Positions 22,263 through 32,618 of a stretch of 64,000 nt of DNA are shown piece after piece. The notes beneath the pieces are model-generated. The model was not told the DNA's origin. It saw nothing but the letters and a program-made list of their open reading frames with translations, and did no database searches. Source of the stretch: a virus. Made by a program: the position numbers and the translations under genes. Numbering within the stretch: the stretch's first letter is position 1; each line of letters starts with the position of its first letter. The stretch covers positions 4,461 through 68,460 of the IMG/VR virus record IMGVR_UViG_3300037493_002420, one strand, 5' to 3'.

Positions 22263-22925
22263 TTATCCAATGATTGTTATACGTACTGTAAATGGTTCTG
22301 CAGTAGCCGTATCTATATAAAAAGTAATATTTCCTGTTATGACATCTGATGAAATTAATAAAGTTGGTTCATTCATAAGACTTATCCATTTATTTAAACC
22401 AGAATTAAAAAACATAATATTATACACAAAATCTGCTGATTCAATTATAGATGTGACATTACTACAACCTAGAGTTATTAAACCACATGCTGCAAGATCA
22501 AGACCCAAAACAGTTAATGTTACATTTTCAAATACAACATTATCAAAACTTTGAACATACTTCCTTACACCTGTAGTTGAAACAGTATAAGTTGTAGTAG
22601 TGCCAACTACAGTTGGTACAACTTCAATACCCTCTCCAGCTTCTACAATTACTACTGGGATATTTGCTATCTCAGTGCAAAAATAATCTACTATACTATT
22701 TAAAGATTGTTCTATATTAGTATCTGTATTTACTACAACAGTAGTATCACATATAATATTATCTCCTGTATATATAATACATTGTGAATCAAATGTTTCT
22801 GAACATGGTTGTGCAGTAGGACAGTCTACAGGAGTAGGACAAGGTAATGGTGATGTTAAGTAACTATCAGTACATCCGCACTTAGTACTATTATTACAAT
22901 TATTATTACAAGTTGGACAAGACAT
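22263..22925 (-). CDS. Cys-rich virion/tail fibre-like protein (likely start MSCPTC)
   Basis: CSETFDSQCIIYTG motif; start moved to 22925 to avoid overlapping the upstream gene. Confidence 0.5.
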   Translation of the reverse strand: MSCPTCNNNCNNSTKCGCTDSYLTSPLPCPTPVDCPTAQPCSETFDSQCIIYTGDNIICDTTVVVNTDTNIEQSLNSIVDYFCTEIANIPVVIVEAGEGIEVVPTVVGTTTTYTVSTTGVRKYVQSFDNVVFENVTLTVLGLDLAACGLITLGCSNVTSIIESADFVYNIMFFNSGLNKWISLMNEPTLLISSDVITGNITFYIDTATAEPFTVRITIIG

Positions 22926-22936
22926 ATTTTTATATT

Positions 22937-24574
22937 TTAACAGATTACACCAGTAATAGTAGATACAGTACATGGATTAATAAATGAAGTTAATCCATCT
23001 ATTCTTACACCTAAACCTCCTAGTTGTTCTGCAAGAGTTGAATTAACACTAAAAGGATATATTGAGGCATCATAAAATAATTCTGTAGGTTGTACACCTG
23101 CAATTGCTGCATCATATACACTTAAACCATTAGAAAATTTTGGAACATGATCTCCAGTTGTTACAATGGATTGAATATAATTTACTGGTGATGTATTCCA
23201 TGAACCTGTTCCTCCGGATACTACACTTTCTTCAGTATTAGTTGTAACCCCCCATTCTAAATCTCCATTTGAATTAATACCAACACTTGCAAGACTTGTT
23301 AACATAGTACTTGTAGCTCCTACATCAATAGGTCTAACAGCAATTTTCCAACCTAAACCATATGTTTTATCAAGCGTTTCTCCTACAGATAATATTCCTG
23401 CAGGTATTACACTATTTCCTTGATTAAATGTAATAAAACCACCGGTTCCAATAACACAACTACCAACTCCTGTAGCTGCTGTGTATGCATAAGGTGCTGC
23501 AAAATAACTATCATAACCAGGTGATGATTGATAACCATATGTTAGTGCAGCTCCTCCTAATGTTGAAGCTAAAGGAACGGTTAGTAATCCTCTAAAATGT
23601 ACAACATTACCAATACGTCTACATTGTGGTCTAAAAGCAGCTGTACCTGTTTTTGCCATATCATAGAATGTAAAGCCTTCTAAATTTATCCAACCTGTAT
23701 CAATTATTTTTGCTGTTAATAAACCACCTGTATAAGTTAAATCAATTGTACTTGTATCTGCAACTGTAATAGATGCATTATATAAATCACATAAAGCAAT
23801 CCATATATGATTAAGAGTACTAGCTAAAGTACTAGATGTTGGATTCCATGATGGGTATGCAACTTGCATTTGTACACCAGGATTTGCTCTTGAAAAATCC
23901 GTTCCTGAAATACATTCAGCAGCAATTGATGTAATTAATTCTGCAGTTGTTCCTGTAGCATCATAAAAATCACACCACACATCATTTATAAAAGCTTCAA
24001 GGATTGTATCTATTTGTGAACTCCCTGGAGCTAATGTTCCAATTTGACACTCTGTAATAAATGAAGGTAATGTAAATGTAGGATCAGGAGCATTTTCTAA
24101 AATAGTTACTCTAATATCTAAACTAGTTAATGCAGCATTTATAAGTACAAGTTCATCAACAATACTACAAATCTTAGCAGCAATCATATTTACATAATCA
24201 GTAAGGTTCATTGTAGTTTGATTACCTACAACAAAACAATCTGCTACAGTTACTAAACAATCTGGACAGCCGGTAGTATTTTTAATTTCACTTGGTGTAA
24301 TTCCTTGAAGTGCACATATTTGTTCAATCAAAAATTGTATTAAGGCTTGAAAATCATTTGGTCCACATGCTGTAATACCAAAACATGAAAGATCATAATT
24401 AGCTACATTTAATGTATCTAATACTCCACATAGTTCTGTTGCTAATGCAAACACTACATCAGTTACTGTATCTCCATTACATAGATTAATACATGGAATG
24501 TTAGGTCCTGGCCAAATAACACAATTACTTGACATTGGACTACAGGGTGCTGTATTTAAATTTGTAGGTTTCAT
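22937..24574 (-). CDS. Cys-rich tail fibre-like protein, 545 aa
   Basis: CSPMSSNCVIWPG start; DTGWINL..CRRIGNVVHFRG fibre-type motif. Confidence 0.6.
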   Translation of the reverse strand: MKPTNLNTAPCSPMSSNCVIWPGPNIPCINLCNGDTVTDVVFALATELCGVLDTLNVANYDLSCFGITACGPNDFQALIQFLIEQICALQGITPSEIKNTTGCPDCLVTVADCFVVGNQTTMNLTDYVNMIAAKICSIVDELVLINAALTSLDIRVTILENAPDPTFTLPSFITECQIGTLAPGSSQIDTILEAFINDVWCDFYDATGTTAELITSIAAECISGTDFSRANPGVQMQVAYPSWNPTSSTLASTLNHIWIALCDLYNASITVADTSTIDLTYTGGLLTAKIIDTGWINLEGFTFYDMAKTGTAAFRPQCRRIGNVVHFRGLLTVPLASTLGGAALTYGYQSSPGYDSYFAAPYAYTAATGVGSCVIGTGGFITFNQGNSVIPAGILSVGETLDKTYGLGWKIAVRPIDVGATSTMLTSLASVGINSNGDLEWGVTTNTEESVVSGGTGSWNTSPVNYIQSIVTTGDHVPKFSNGLSVYDAAIAGVQPTELFYDASIYPFSVNSTLAEQLGGLGVRIDGLTSFINPCTVSTITGVIC

Positions 24575-24603
24575 ATTTATGTATATTATTAATATAGTAA
24601 AAA

Positions 24604-26751
24604 TTATTGATTATTACAAGTTCCTGATGAACTTGATACTGGTGTATCACAACATGTACCTGAAGAAACACAAGTGTAATCTGGATTAACTAATGCTGCT
24701 AAGTTTATTAATTCATATTTTAATTCCCATTTTTCTCTATCTTCTGGACAACATGACGTTATTCCATATCTTTTTTCTAATGCATTACTATACATTGCAT
24801 CAGCAAAAGAACATACTATTTCTTCATAATGATCAATAGTACATGTAGGTGTATTATATCCTGGTCTTACTGTTCTAACTATTTCTGGTACTACTGGACA
24901 ATTAAAAATATTATCAACAAGTGTACAATCCCCATATATAGTATATTCATATAGGCCTTCTGGCATTAACCATTTTTTTACACAAGTTTTTGGTGATATT
25001 TCATTTAATAACATATTAGTTCTTGAATGTACAGTAATACCATTACAGTCTATCCAACTTAAAAAATTACAATCTATATTATTTTCAATTGTAAATGGTA
25101 ATTCAAATTGTTGTCCATTGGGACCACAAAAATTTATATATAATTGATTTTTATGAATTGGAATATTAACATCATGTATTACACCAACACAATCAGTGTA
25201 AGTTATAACACCCACAAATAACATTGGTACTATAATATTATAATAAACACATGGATTAACTAAAGTAGCAGTTTGACATACACATGGTAAAACATCTATA
25301 AAACATTCTTCACAAGTTCTATATTGATCTTTAATAAATACAAGTGTTGAAGGATTATGTTCTCTTGTTATTTCAATATGCCAACATGTTTCTGGACACC
25401 AATCTAATGTAATTATATTATTAAGTAGTGTAGATAAATCTGTAGTAGTTATAATATTAGGTTCTACTCCTGCACAATCAGTAAGAAGATAATAGGTTTG
25501 TTCACAAGTAGTACAATTAACAAATGTGTTAGTAACTACAATTGCAGTATTACTTGGAGGTTGTAAAAAGAATTCTTCTACATACCAACATCCCGGACAA
25601 TCTTGTTCTATTACTTGATTAACATATAATGATAAATCAGTAGATGTATACATTACATTTGCTGAGTTAGCACAATCTGTTAGTTTATAACTTGTGTATC
25701 CCGCACATGTTTCACAATCTACATAAGTAGTTGTAATAACAATATTAATTGCACATGCACAATCTTCTATTGAAGTGGCTACTGTCCAACAATTAGTGTA
25801 TCCGTTAATATGAAATGCAGCTCCTGTACCTAAAAATGGTAATACTGATACTGATGTAGTATAAATTGGATCTGCTAAACCATCACAGTCAGTTAGTATA
25901 TAACATGATTCTAGACATAGATCATCTATACATGAACCAAACTCTGTAACTATAGAACCATTTAAGGCATCTACAACTGGATATATATCTGAACAAAATT
26001 TTAATGGACCTATTGCATTTACTATTAAACCTGCACTTACATATGTAATACTTCCTGTGTTTACATAATAACAAGTTGATACACAACAGTCTACACCTAG
26101 TGCATTAAATGTAACAACTTGAGGATCAAGACAGTCTGAAGATGTATTATTATATACTAAAAAACATACACCCGGATATTCTACAAGTGTAATTGATATA
26201 CCAGTATTAGAATATACACTTAAGTCAGTTGTGGTATTAAATGGAACTTTACTACCATCACATGAGTATAATGTATAACAAGGAGGCGTAGGACATGTAT
26301 TATCTATGCAATCTCCAAAAATTTCTATATTACTCCCTGTTATCCATTCTCTTACACAATATTTTTCAGATGTTTCAGAAGGAGCTAATACAGGAGTTTC
26401 TTGCAGTAATCCAAAACAATCAATATATCTAAGTGTTACTGGTTGAGTTAATAAATTTGTAGCTCTACTACATTGACATGGTAATGCAATACATCCACAA
26501 TTTACAGTATCTCCACAACCACCAGATATAAGAGTAAATGTAGCAAGTAATGGAGCATTAATTAAACCTAAAGGTGGTTGAGCAGGTAAACTAGCTGTGT
26601 AACATTGATTAGGAATTAGATCATTACCAAAACTATCTTGTACTAAAACACCTGTATAATTATATACACCAGGTACTATACCATTAGTAATAAACTTTAA
26701 AGGAACTAGATTAACACAACAGGGTGTAAGTAAAAGATAGTTAGCTGCCAT
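24604..26751 (-). CDS. Cys-rich repeat virion protein (likely start MAANY)
   Basis: Four repeats of about 65 aa (YxLTDC..TTDLS..CW..C.TC); very high Cys content. Confidence 0.55.
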   Translation of the reverse strand: MAANYLLLTPCCVNLVPLKFITNGIVPGVYNYTGVLVQDSFGNDLIPNQCYTASLPAQPPLGLINAPLLATFTLISGGCGDTVNCGCIALPCQCSRATNLLTQPVTLRYIDCFGLLQETPVLAPSETSEKYCVREWITGSNIEIFGDCIDNTCPTPPCYTLYSCDGSKVPFNTTTDLSVYSNTGISITLVEYPGVCFLVYNNTSSDCLDPQVVTFNALGVDCCVSTCYYVNTGSITYVSAGLIVNAIGPLKFCSDIYPVVDALNGSIVTEFGSCIDDLCLESCYILTDCDGLADPIYTTSVSVLPFLGTGAAFHINGYTNCWTVATSIEDCACAINIVITTTYVDCETCAGYTSYKLTDCANSANVMYTSTDLSLYVNQVIEQDCPGCWYVEEFFLQPPSNTAIVVTNTFVNCTTCEQTYYLLTDCAGVEPNIITTTDLSTLLNNIITLDWCPETCWHIEITREHNPSTLVFIKDQYRTCEECFIDVLPCVCQTATLVNPCVYYNIIVPMLFVGVITYTDCVGVIHDVNIPIHKNQLYINFCGPNGQQFELPFTIENNIDCNFLSWIDCNGITVHSRTNMLLNEISPKTCVKKWLMPEGLYEYTIYGDCTLVDNIFNCPVVPEIVRTVRPGYNTPTCTIDHYEEIVCSFADAMYSNALEKRYGITSCCPEDREKWELKYELINLAALVNPDYTCVSSGTCCDTPVSSSSGTCNNQ

Positions 26752-26752
26752 T

Positions 26753-26932
26753 TTATTTAATTTGATTAGATGGTATTGGTATAGTTTGTTTTTGTATAGG
26801 TTTGATAATATTTTGATTTTTAGTAATCTCATATTTACCTATACAAGAAGAGCATGCTGATTTGCCATCTGATGCTACTCTTTTTTGACACCCGCAAGAA
26901 AGATTTTTTTTACAATTTGAACACTGAGCCAT
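26753..26932 (-). CDS. Small Cys-rich protein, 59 aa (not in the ORF track)
   Basis: MAQCSNCKKNLSCGCQKRVASDGKSACSSC...; fills the gap between neighbouring genes exactly. Confidence 0.65.
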   Translation of the reverse strand: MAQCSNCKKNLSCGCQKRVASDGKSACSSCIGKYEITKNQNIIKPIQKQTIPIPSNQIK

Positions 26933-26951
26933 ATTTATTGGTTTTTAATAG

Positions 26952-27494
26952 TTAACAGTTTTTACAATCTAATTTATTTAATAATTTTAAAGCATAGTTA
27001 TATAGTGTCATTCCTTTATCAGGTTCTAAACAAAATTCTACTTTAGCTTTAGCTGCATCTAAATACATTCTTATTAATCTTAATTGTTCTAATTTCTTTT
27101 TAATTATAGCCGGTGGATCACACGCAGCAATATCTACTCTACATAATATATTATTATATTTAATAAGAGCTTGAGTAATTCTTAAATGATTATATTCTAC
27201 AAATACTAAATTATTTGGTGACACACTATACTTAATTATATATACACCATCCGGTATATTTACATACTGTGTACCACAATTAACTGTTTGTAATTGTAAA
27301 TCACATGCAGTTAGTATTTTGTTAAATCCTGGAATAACATCAATTTGATTTGAATAATTAAAACCGGGTACAGTAATATTTAATGTAGCACAAGTTAAAG
27401 GTACAATATCTGAATATACACTAGTATCTATTATACTTAAAATGCATGCATTCATTACTGTAGGTACTTCTAAACTTAATACATGATTTGCCAT
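26952..27494 (-). CDS. Structural protein (tail hub/ring-type)
   Basis: IPDGVYIIKYSVSP motif; structural module. Confidence 0.5.
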   Translation of the reverse strand: MANHVLSLEVPTVMNACILSIIDTSVYSDIVPLTCATLNITVPGFNYSNQIDVIPGFNKILTACDLQLQTVNCGTQYVNIPDGVYIIKYSVSPNNLVFVEYNHLRITQALIKYNNILCRVDIAACDPPAIIKKKLEQLRLIRMYLDAAKAKVEFCLEPDKGMTLYNYALKLLNKLDCKNC

Positions 27495-27506
27495 AGTATA
27501 AAATAT

Positions 27507-27543
27507 AAAAAAGGGAAAGGAGTTTGAAACCCTCTCCCTTTTT
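27507..27543. terminator. Bidirectional-looking intrinsic terminator
   Basis: AAAAAAGGGA..TCCCTTTTT inverted repeat after the 532-aa gene. Confidence 0.65.
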
Positions 27544-27568
27544 GATTATTAATTATTTAAATATGTTA

Positions 27569-29167
27569 TTACCTTGCTGATGGGAATGGAGTAACTGGAA
27601 TACAATCAGTTCCACAAGTAAACTCTTGGAATGCACATTCAGTTCCACAACTTTCTAACCAAGTATTAACAGCAGTCTCAAGACTTGCAATAGTACTGTT
27701 TGTAATAACTTCTAATAAATATCTGTCATTATCAAAAGTACCTGAAGGATTATTAAATCTCGGAACTACATGTAGTAAGTAGTAACGTGTATATAATGCA
27801 GTACGGTCAATTGCAGTAACTAATTGATTACCTTGTGTAATCTCACGAATTCTGAAGTCAGATGCAAGGAAGTTTTGACGGTAAGACTCAGATAAAATCA
27901 AGTCACGTAAAACTGATTCACCAAGACCCATTGCTTGATTACCTTCACATTCTGTTACTACACAAAGTCCTTCAAATTCACATGGATCACCATTAAAATC
28001 AACTTCAGATGCATAAAGTTTAACTGGTTGCTTTTCATAAAAATCAGATATTTGGAAAGTACAATCTCCAAATTTAGTATCTACATAAGCACCATTTATA
28101 ATCATTCCTGCACAAGCATCAACAACATGTCCTGGAGATACATAATTATCCCAAGTATCAGCTCCTACAGCTGTTAAGAAAACTGCTGAAGTTCCTGGTG
28201 CATACCATAATACACCTGCTTCATCTTGTACTATAATTTCTAAGAAAGATTTAGTAATTGGAGAATTAAGTAAAGCATTAGCCCAAAGAATAAATACTTC
28301 AGTTGAATCAACAGCTGTAGGTGAAATTGCACCTGTTGGGCAACATCCTGTATAAGCATCTGCAATTAAATAAGCATTATGATTTAACAAACGTAATGCT
28401 GGAGAACCTTTAATATCTACACGTAATGAGTAAGTTTCACCACAGAAAAAGTCTTTACAACAATTTGCAGTACCTGCTCCAGTGCTTACTGTATCAACAG
28501 TTACAGTTGCATCACTATTACCACCTACTAAAGTAACTACATCTAAAGCAGTGTATCCTTTTCCTGGATTCACTACACCTATAATTGTAGGTAGTCCTGC
28601 AGCTACAGTTGCATAATATGTTAAACCTGTTCCTGTACCACCTGTAGTAGTAAATAAAACTGGAGTAACAGAGTTAGCATATCCTGTTCCATCAACATTA
28701 TCTGTAAAAGTTAATATTGATCCACCTGCAGTATAAGATGTTGAACCAACATTAATAACATTAGTACTTGGTAAACATGGGTCAACTCTATAAAAATCAG
28801 AAACATATTTAGGGTTAATCATTTTAGACTTGTTAGTCTCTTGATAACCTCCTGCAAAAGGACCAATTTTATCATTAGTATAGATTGCAGAACCTGCAAG
28901 ATATGCTGAACAACAATTAGCTAAATCAGATAATAAATTTGTTTTTGGGTCAAAGAATCCAAAATATCCATTATTGTATGCAGTACCTAAAGCAGGTAAC
29001 TGATTAAGTGCATAACTAGGAATATTATCACCTGTTGGTAACACAAAACCAAAGTCAGTATCTACATTAGATAAAACTGTACCGTTAAGTAAAGTTACAC
29101 TTTCATTTGTTAAAGTACTTCCTGTACCTAAAAACGTTTTTTGAAACGCATGATTAAAATAAGCCAT
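27569..29167 (-). CDS. Auxiliary capsid/structural protein, 532 aa
   Basis: MAYFNHAF start, SKMINPKYV motif, Gly/Thr-rich insertion; lies just after the MCP block. Confidence 0.5.
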   Translation of the reverse strand: MAYFNHAFQKTFLGTGSTLTNESVTLLNGTVLSNVDTDFGFVLPTGDNIPSYALNQLPALGTAYNNGYFGFFDPKTNLLSDLANCCSAYLAGSAIYTNDKIGPFAGGYQETNKSKMINPKYVSDFYRVDPCLPSTNVINVGSTSYTAGGSILTFTDNVDGTGYANSVTPVLFTTTGGTGTGLTYYATVAAGLPTIIGVVNPGKGYTALDVVTLVGGNSDATVTVDTVSTGAGTANCCKDFFCGETYSLRVDIKGSPALRLLNHNAYLIADAYTGCCPTGAISPTAVDSTEVFILWANALLNSPITKSFLEIIVQDEAGVLWYAPGTSAVFLTAVGADTWDNYVSPGHVVDACAGMIINGAYVDTKFGDCTFQISDFYEKQPVKLYASEVDFNGDPCEFEGLCVVTECEGNQAMGLGESVLRDLILSESYRQNFLASDFRIREITQGNQLVTAIDRTALYTRYYLLHVVPRFNNPSGTFDNDRYLLEVITNSTIASLETAVNTWLESCGTECAFQEFTCGTDCIPVTPFPSAR

Positions 29168-29229
29168 TTTTTTTAATTTTAATTTATAAACATATAATAT
29201 AATATAATTAAAATATTTGAATAATCAAA

Positions 29230-29682
29230 TTATTTTAAGAATAAAAGTTTGTACTTAGCTGAATTAATACTATCCTTTAAAGTATCTAAAGAATTTACAA
29301 TTTCAGAATAAGGCATCTTAGATTGAAGATTATTAACCATTTGATACATTTCTCTTAAATATCCAATTCCTTCTTCAACTGTATTTAATACTTTTGGAGA
29401 TACTTCAGAGTAATCTAAAATCTTTTCAGCAGCTCCTTGATAACCTTCAATAAGAGTATCAGCATGATCTGGTAAAGCATCATAAAGATCATTAAGAGCT
29501 TTATGTGCTGCATATGAGCCAGCTCCTTTTACTTTTAAATGTAATTTATGAAAACTTGATGCAGCATTCATTAATTCTGTTGCACATGCTGCTGTCATTG
29601 TATCACAATTTGCTCCTGTAGGTGCACTTGAATATGATGCACTTGGGGTCGCTGTTCTTTTTAGCATTCTTGGAGTTTCCAT
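29230..29682 (-). CDS. Ferritin/Dps-like four-helix protein
   Basis: HKLHL..SYAAHKALNDLYD..DTLIEGYQG..YKLLFL. Confidence 0.75.
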   Translation of the reverse strand: METPRMLKRTATPSASYSSAPTGANCDTMTAACATELMNAASSFHKLHLKVKGAGSYAAHKALNDLYDALPDHADTLIEGYQGAAEKILDYSEVSPKVLNTVEEGIGYLREMYQMVNNLQSKMPYSEIVNSLDTLKDSINSAKYKLLFLK

Positions 29683-29687
29683 TATTT

Positions 29688-30392
29688 TTAATTATTACGT
29701 TCTGCTCCTTCTGTACCTCTAGAGAACTGATTTCCTGATTCAATATCACCTGCTAGTATACTTGCTGCTTCATCTATTATTATCTCAATGATATCATCTT
29801 TAAACTCACATTGGACATTAACAGGTGATGCAACTCCAGTATATGGATCTACACAGTTTTGAATTTGAATTTTAACCGGTTGTCTATAATAAATTAGGTT
29901 AGCATTATTTATAGTAAATGTATTATCTGTATATACATTAAGTTTATTATTTATTAGAGTAGCAAAAGTTTCACCCCATTCAAAACTAGGTTTTTTTGCT
30001 ATATCTCTAAGTAAGTTATTTACATTAGCTTCTTCTGCTAAGTATACAACCATTCTTCTATTAATATCACAACAATCAGAGTTAGCAAATGCATCTACTC
30101 TTTTCCATTGTAAGTAATCTATTGGTAAATTAGCAGCAGTAAACATATGATCATGTTTATCTAAACCCAACGCAGCATTAGTTAACAATACTTGTAAGTC
30201 ATCTATTCTTCTAGTAGATTGCTCATCACCTTCTTTAACAATGTTAATACCATGAAGTTGTCTTCTAGTCCACTCAACTTGAGCTTTATTAAACGCCTCT
30301 ACAACCTGCCAGCATTCAATGTTGTCATAGTCTTGGCTATCTAATTTATTCAGACGTTGTTTAATCTTTATGGTTAATACACTGTTTTGCAT
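29688..30392 (-). CDS. Head-tail connector/ring protein
   Basis: LNKLDSQDY..FNKAQ..YYRQP pattern downstream of MCP. Confidence 0.55.
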   Translation of the reverse strand: MQNSVLTIKIKQRLNKLDSQDYDNIECWQVVEAFNKAQVEWTRRQLHGINIVKEGDEQSTRRIDDLQVLLTNAALGLDKHDHMFTAANLPIDYLQWKRVDAFANSDCCDINRRMVVYLAEEANVNNLLRDIAKKPSFEWGETFATLINNKLNVYTDNTFTINNANLIYYRQPVKIQIQNCVDPYTGVASPVNVQCEFKDDIIEIIIDEAASILAGDIESGNQFSRGTEGAERNN

Positions 30393-30395
30393 AAT

Positions 30396-30875
30396 TTATT
30401 TCTTTTTAAAAGATTGCATTTTCTTAATAGTAGATGGTATAGCTGCTCTTTTAACAGTTGTTTTAGTAACAGTACCTTTTTTTCCTGCAGCTCCAGAAAG
30501 TGTTGTTTTTTCAAAAGTTTTTTTACCTTTTGCAAATCCAGTTGTATCTAAAAAAGATTGAGAAGAATTATTACTTTTCTTATCTGCATCATATCTTGTT
30601 ACAGTACCTGAATGAGATTCATACACTTTTGGATTTGAGCCATTAACATTATATTTTTCTACAACTCTTCCTTTTGAATCATATGCACTTCCTTGGTTAA
30701 GTTTTTTATTACTTCCCGGTTTACCTTGATTATTTAAAGTACTTATAGCTTTATTTCCTGCAGATATATCAGCTTTTTTAATACCCGTACTGATAACAGA
30801 TTTTGCACCTTTTGTCCCACCAGTTTGCATTTTTTTAACAGGACCACCTTTTTGATATTTAACTGTCTTTTTCAT
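30396..30875 (-). CDS. Small Lys-rich protein (possible DNA-condensing internal virion protein)
   Basis: Very basic; YQKGG and MQTGG motifs. Confidence 0.5.
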   Translation of the reverse strand: MKKTVKYQKGGPVKKMQTGGTKGAKSVISTGIKKADISAGNKAISTLNNQGKPGSNKKLNQGSAYDSKGRVVEKYNVNGSNPKVYESHSGTVTRYDADKKSNNSSQSFLDTTGFAKGKKTFEKTTLSGAAGKKGTVTKTTVKRAAIPSTIKKMQSFKKK

Positions 30876-30878
30876 AAT

Positions 30879-31025
30879 TTATTTCTTTTTAGCCATTGCT
30901 TTAAATGTTTTAGCAAGAGCTTTACGTTTTGGTGTACATGTAGCTTTTGACATAGGTGTACAGTAACCCTTATGTGCAGGATTAACTGCTTTTTGTATCC
31001 ATTTTTTGTCTTTTTTTTCAGCCAT
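30879..31025 (-). CDS. Small basic protein, 48 aa (not in the ORF track)
   Basis: MAEKKDKKWIQKAVNPAHKGYCTPMSKATCTPKRKALAKTFKAMAKKK; start overlaps the upstream stop. Confidence 0.65.
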   Translation of the reverse strand: MAEKKDKKWIQKAVNPAHKGYCTPMSKATCTPKRKALAKTFKAMAKKK

Positions 31026-31333
31026 TATTTCTTAAATGAACTTGGTCTTACTTTAACACATTTACCATCAGCACCTCTTACATATCCATTTTTACATGAA
31101 GGTTGTACAGCTCTTGATACAGTTCCACCTTTTTTCATTTTACCAGTCTTACCATCCATCTCTCCTTGACCTGCTTGAGCAGTACCAAAGATACCCATAC
31201 TTTGATTAGTACTTCCTATAGATGCATTAGCATAACCTGCACCTTTAGTATTAATAGCACGGGAGGATGTTGATCCTCCTTTAGCCATTTTCTTTGTACC
31301 TCCACAAGACGCACATACTAGTTTCTTTGCCAT
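31025..31333 (-). CDS. Small basic protein with KGG motifs
   Basis: MAKGG, MKKGG; C-terminal C..GY..GKC. Confidence 0.55.
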   Translation of the reverse strand: MAKKLVCASCGGTKKMAKGGSTSSRAINTKGAGYANASIGSTNQSMGIFGTAQAGQGEMDGKTGKMKKGGTVSRAVQPSCKNGYVRGADGKCVKVRPSSFKK

Positions 31334-31337
31334 GATA

Positions 31338-31502
31338 TTATTTCTTATTTATTGAAGACTTTGATGGTGCTACAGATATACCACCAACTTTTCCTTTAGG
31401 TGCAGTAGATTTAACAGCCTGTTTAGAAATTGCTTTACTGATGCCACCTACTTTACCAGTTGCTTTTTTACTAACTGTAACTTTAGAATTTGAATTTTTC
31501 AT
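31338..31502 (-). CDS. Small basic protein (likely start MKNSNSK)
   Basis: Duplicated GKVGGIS; Lys/Ser-rich. Confidence 0.5.
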   Translation of the reverse strand: MKNSNSKVTVSKKATGKVGGISKAISKQAVKSTAPKGKVGGISVAPSKSSINKK

Positions 31503-31524
31503 GTCTCCTATTTTATAATTATAT

Positions 31525-32538
31525 TTACATATTCCATAATTTCTCAATCTTCTCATTCATATCCTTTAGGATATCTTCATTCATTGGATTCTTGAGAAAC
31601 TCTATTACATCTGAAACATTTCTACCTAACAACGTATTTGTTGATGCATGATAAATATGTCCATCTGCCTTATTAATAATATACTTAAAAAATATGGAAT
31701 CTTTAACAATTGCTTTAATTTTTAATGTTTCCATGTCTAAAGCTGCAGCTTCTAAGAAACCATTTGCAGCTCTTTCTTTATTTCCTTCAGTACCTTCACC
31801 ACTAATATGTCTATCCATACTCTCGTATAGTACATCATTAGGAGTTGTTTTCTTATATTGAACACTTGTAGTATCCACAGCTTTTGCAACGTAAAATAAC
31901 TTTGCACTATTTTTATCATAAAGTTTTTGCAATTCTGCACCAGCTTTATTTCTTAATTTCTTATATTCAGTTTTAACAACAATAGTCTCTTCCATTTTAT
32001 CTAAATAAAACTTAGGTGGTACTGCTCTTGATCTTGCATCTTCATAACTTCTAGCTACTATAGAGAAGCCTCCATTTTCAATTGCATATAATTTAATTCT
32101 ATCAAAAGGATCTGTAGGATCTAAAAACACAGGATTGTTTCCGCATGATAATGTAATCTTATTAAAAAACTCAGAGTTATCTGGTTTAATCAAAATTACT
32201 TTAGTCCAAAATTGTGGATCCTCAATATCTAATACATTAGCTGCTAACTCTGCTTCAAGTTCTGCAACTGCTGTTCTTATTTCTCTAATTTTTGCAGACT
32301 TTTCTTCAGGGTTTTTCATCAGTTTTATATCTGCAGCAAATTCATTTAAACCAGTTAGGTAATGTACTACTCCGTTTTTCTCTGTACATCCTAATTGTTC
32401 ATTGTGTGTAACTCCATCAAATAAAGATAACCCGTAAGATTCTAGGCCCATATTTGATGCTGATTGATCAAAGTAAGGCTTAATACTTATAGCACTTGAC
32501 TTAGATACATTTGTTGTTTCAATGTGTGTGTAACTCAT
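31525..32538 (-). CDS. Conserved crAss-like structural protein downstream of MCP
   Basis: 337 aa directly after the major capsid gene; C-terminal LLGRNVSDVIEFLKNP.N. Confidence 0.5.
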   Translation of the reverse strand: MSYTHIETTNVSKSSAISIKPYFDQSASNMGLESYGLSLFDGVTHNEQLGCTEKNGVVHYLTGLNEFAADIKLMKNPEEKSAKIREIRTAVAELEAELAANVLDIEDPQFWTKVILIKPDNSEFFNKITLSCGNNPVFLDPTDPFDRIKLYAIENGGFSIVARSYEDARSRAVPPKFYLDKMEETIVVKTEYKKLRNKAGAELQKLYDKNSAKLFYVAKAVDTTSVQYKKTTPNDVLYESMDRHISGEGTEGNKERAANGFLEAAALDMETLKIKAIVKDSIFFKYIINKADGHIYHASTNTLLGRNVSDVIEFLKNPMNEDILKDMNEKIEKLWNM

Positions 32539-32571
32539 TTTGTTGGTTATTAATTATTGGTTTTTAAAAAT

Positions 32572-32604
32572 AAAAAAATGAGAAGGACACTGGTGTCCCT
32601 CTCA
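32572..32604 (-). terminator. Terminator after major capsid gene
   Basis: TGAGAAGGACAC-TG-GTGTCCCTCTCA imperfect hairpin with a minus-strand U7 tract. Confidence 0.65.
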
Positions 32605-32618
32605 CTTAGTTTAAGCTA

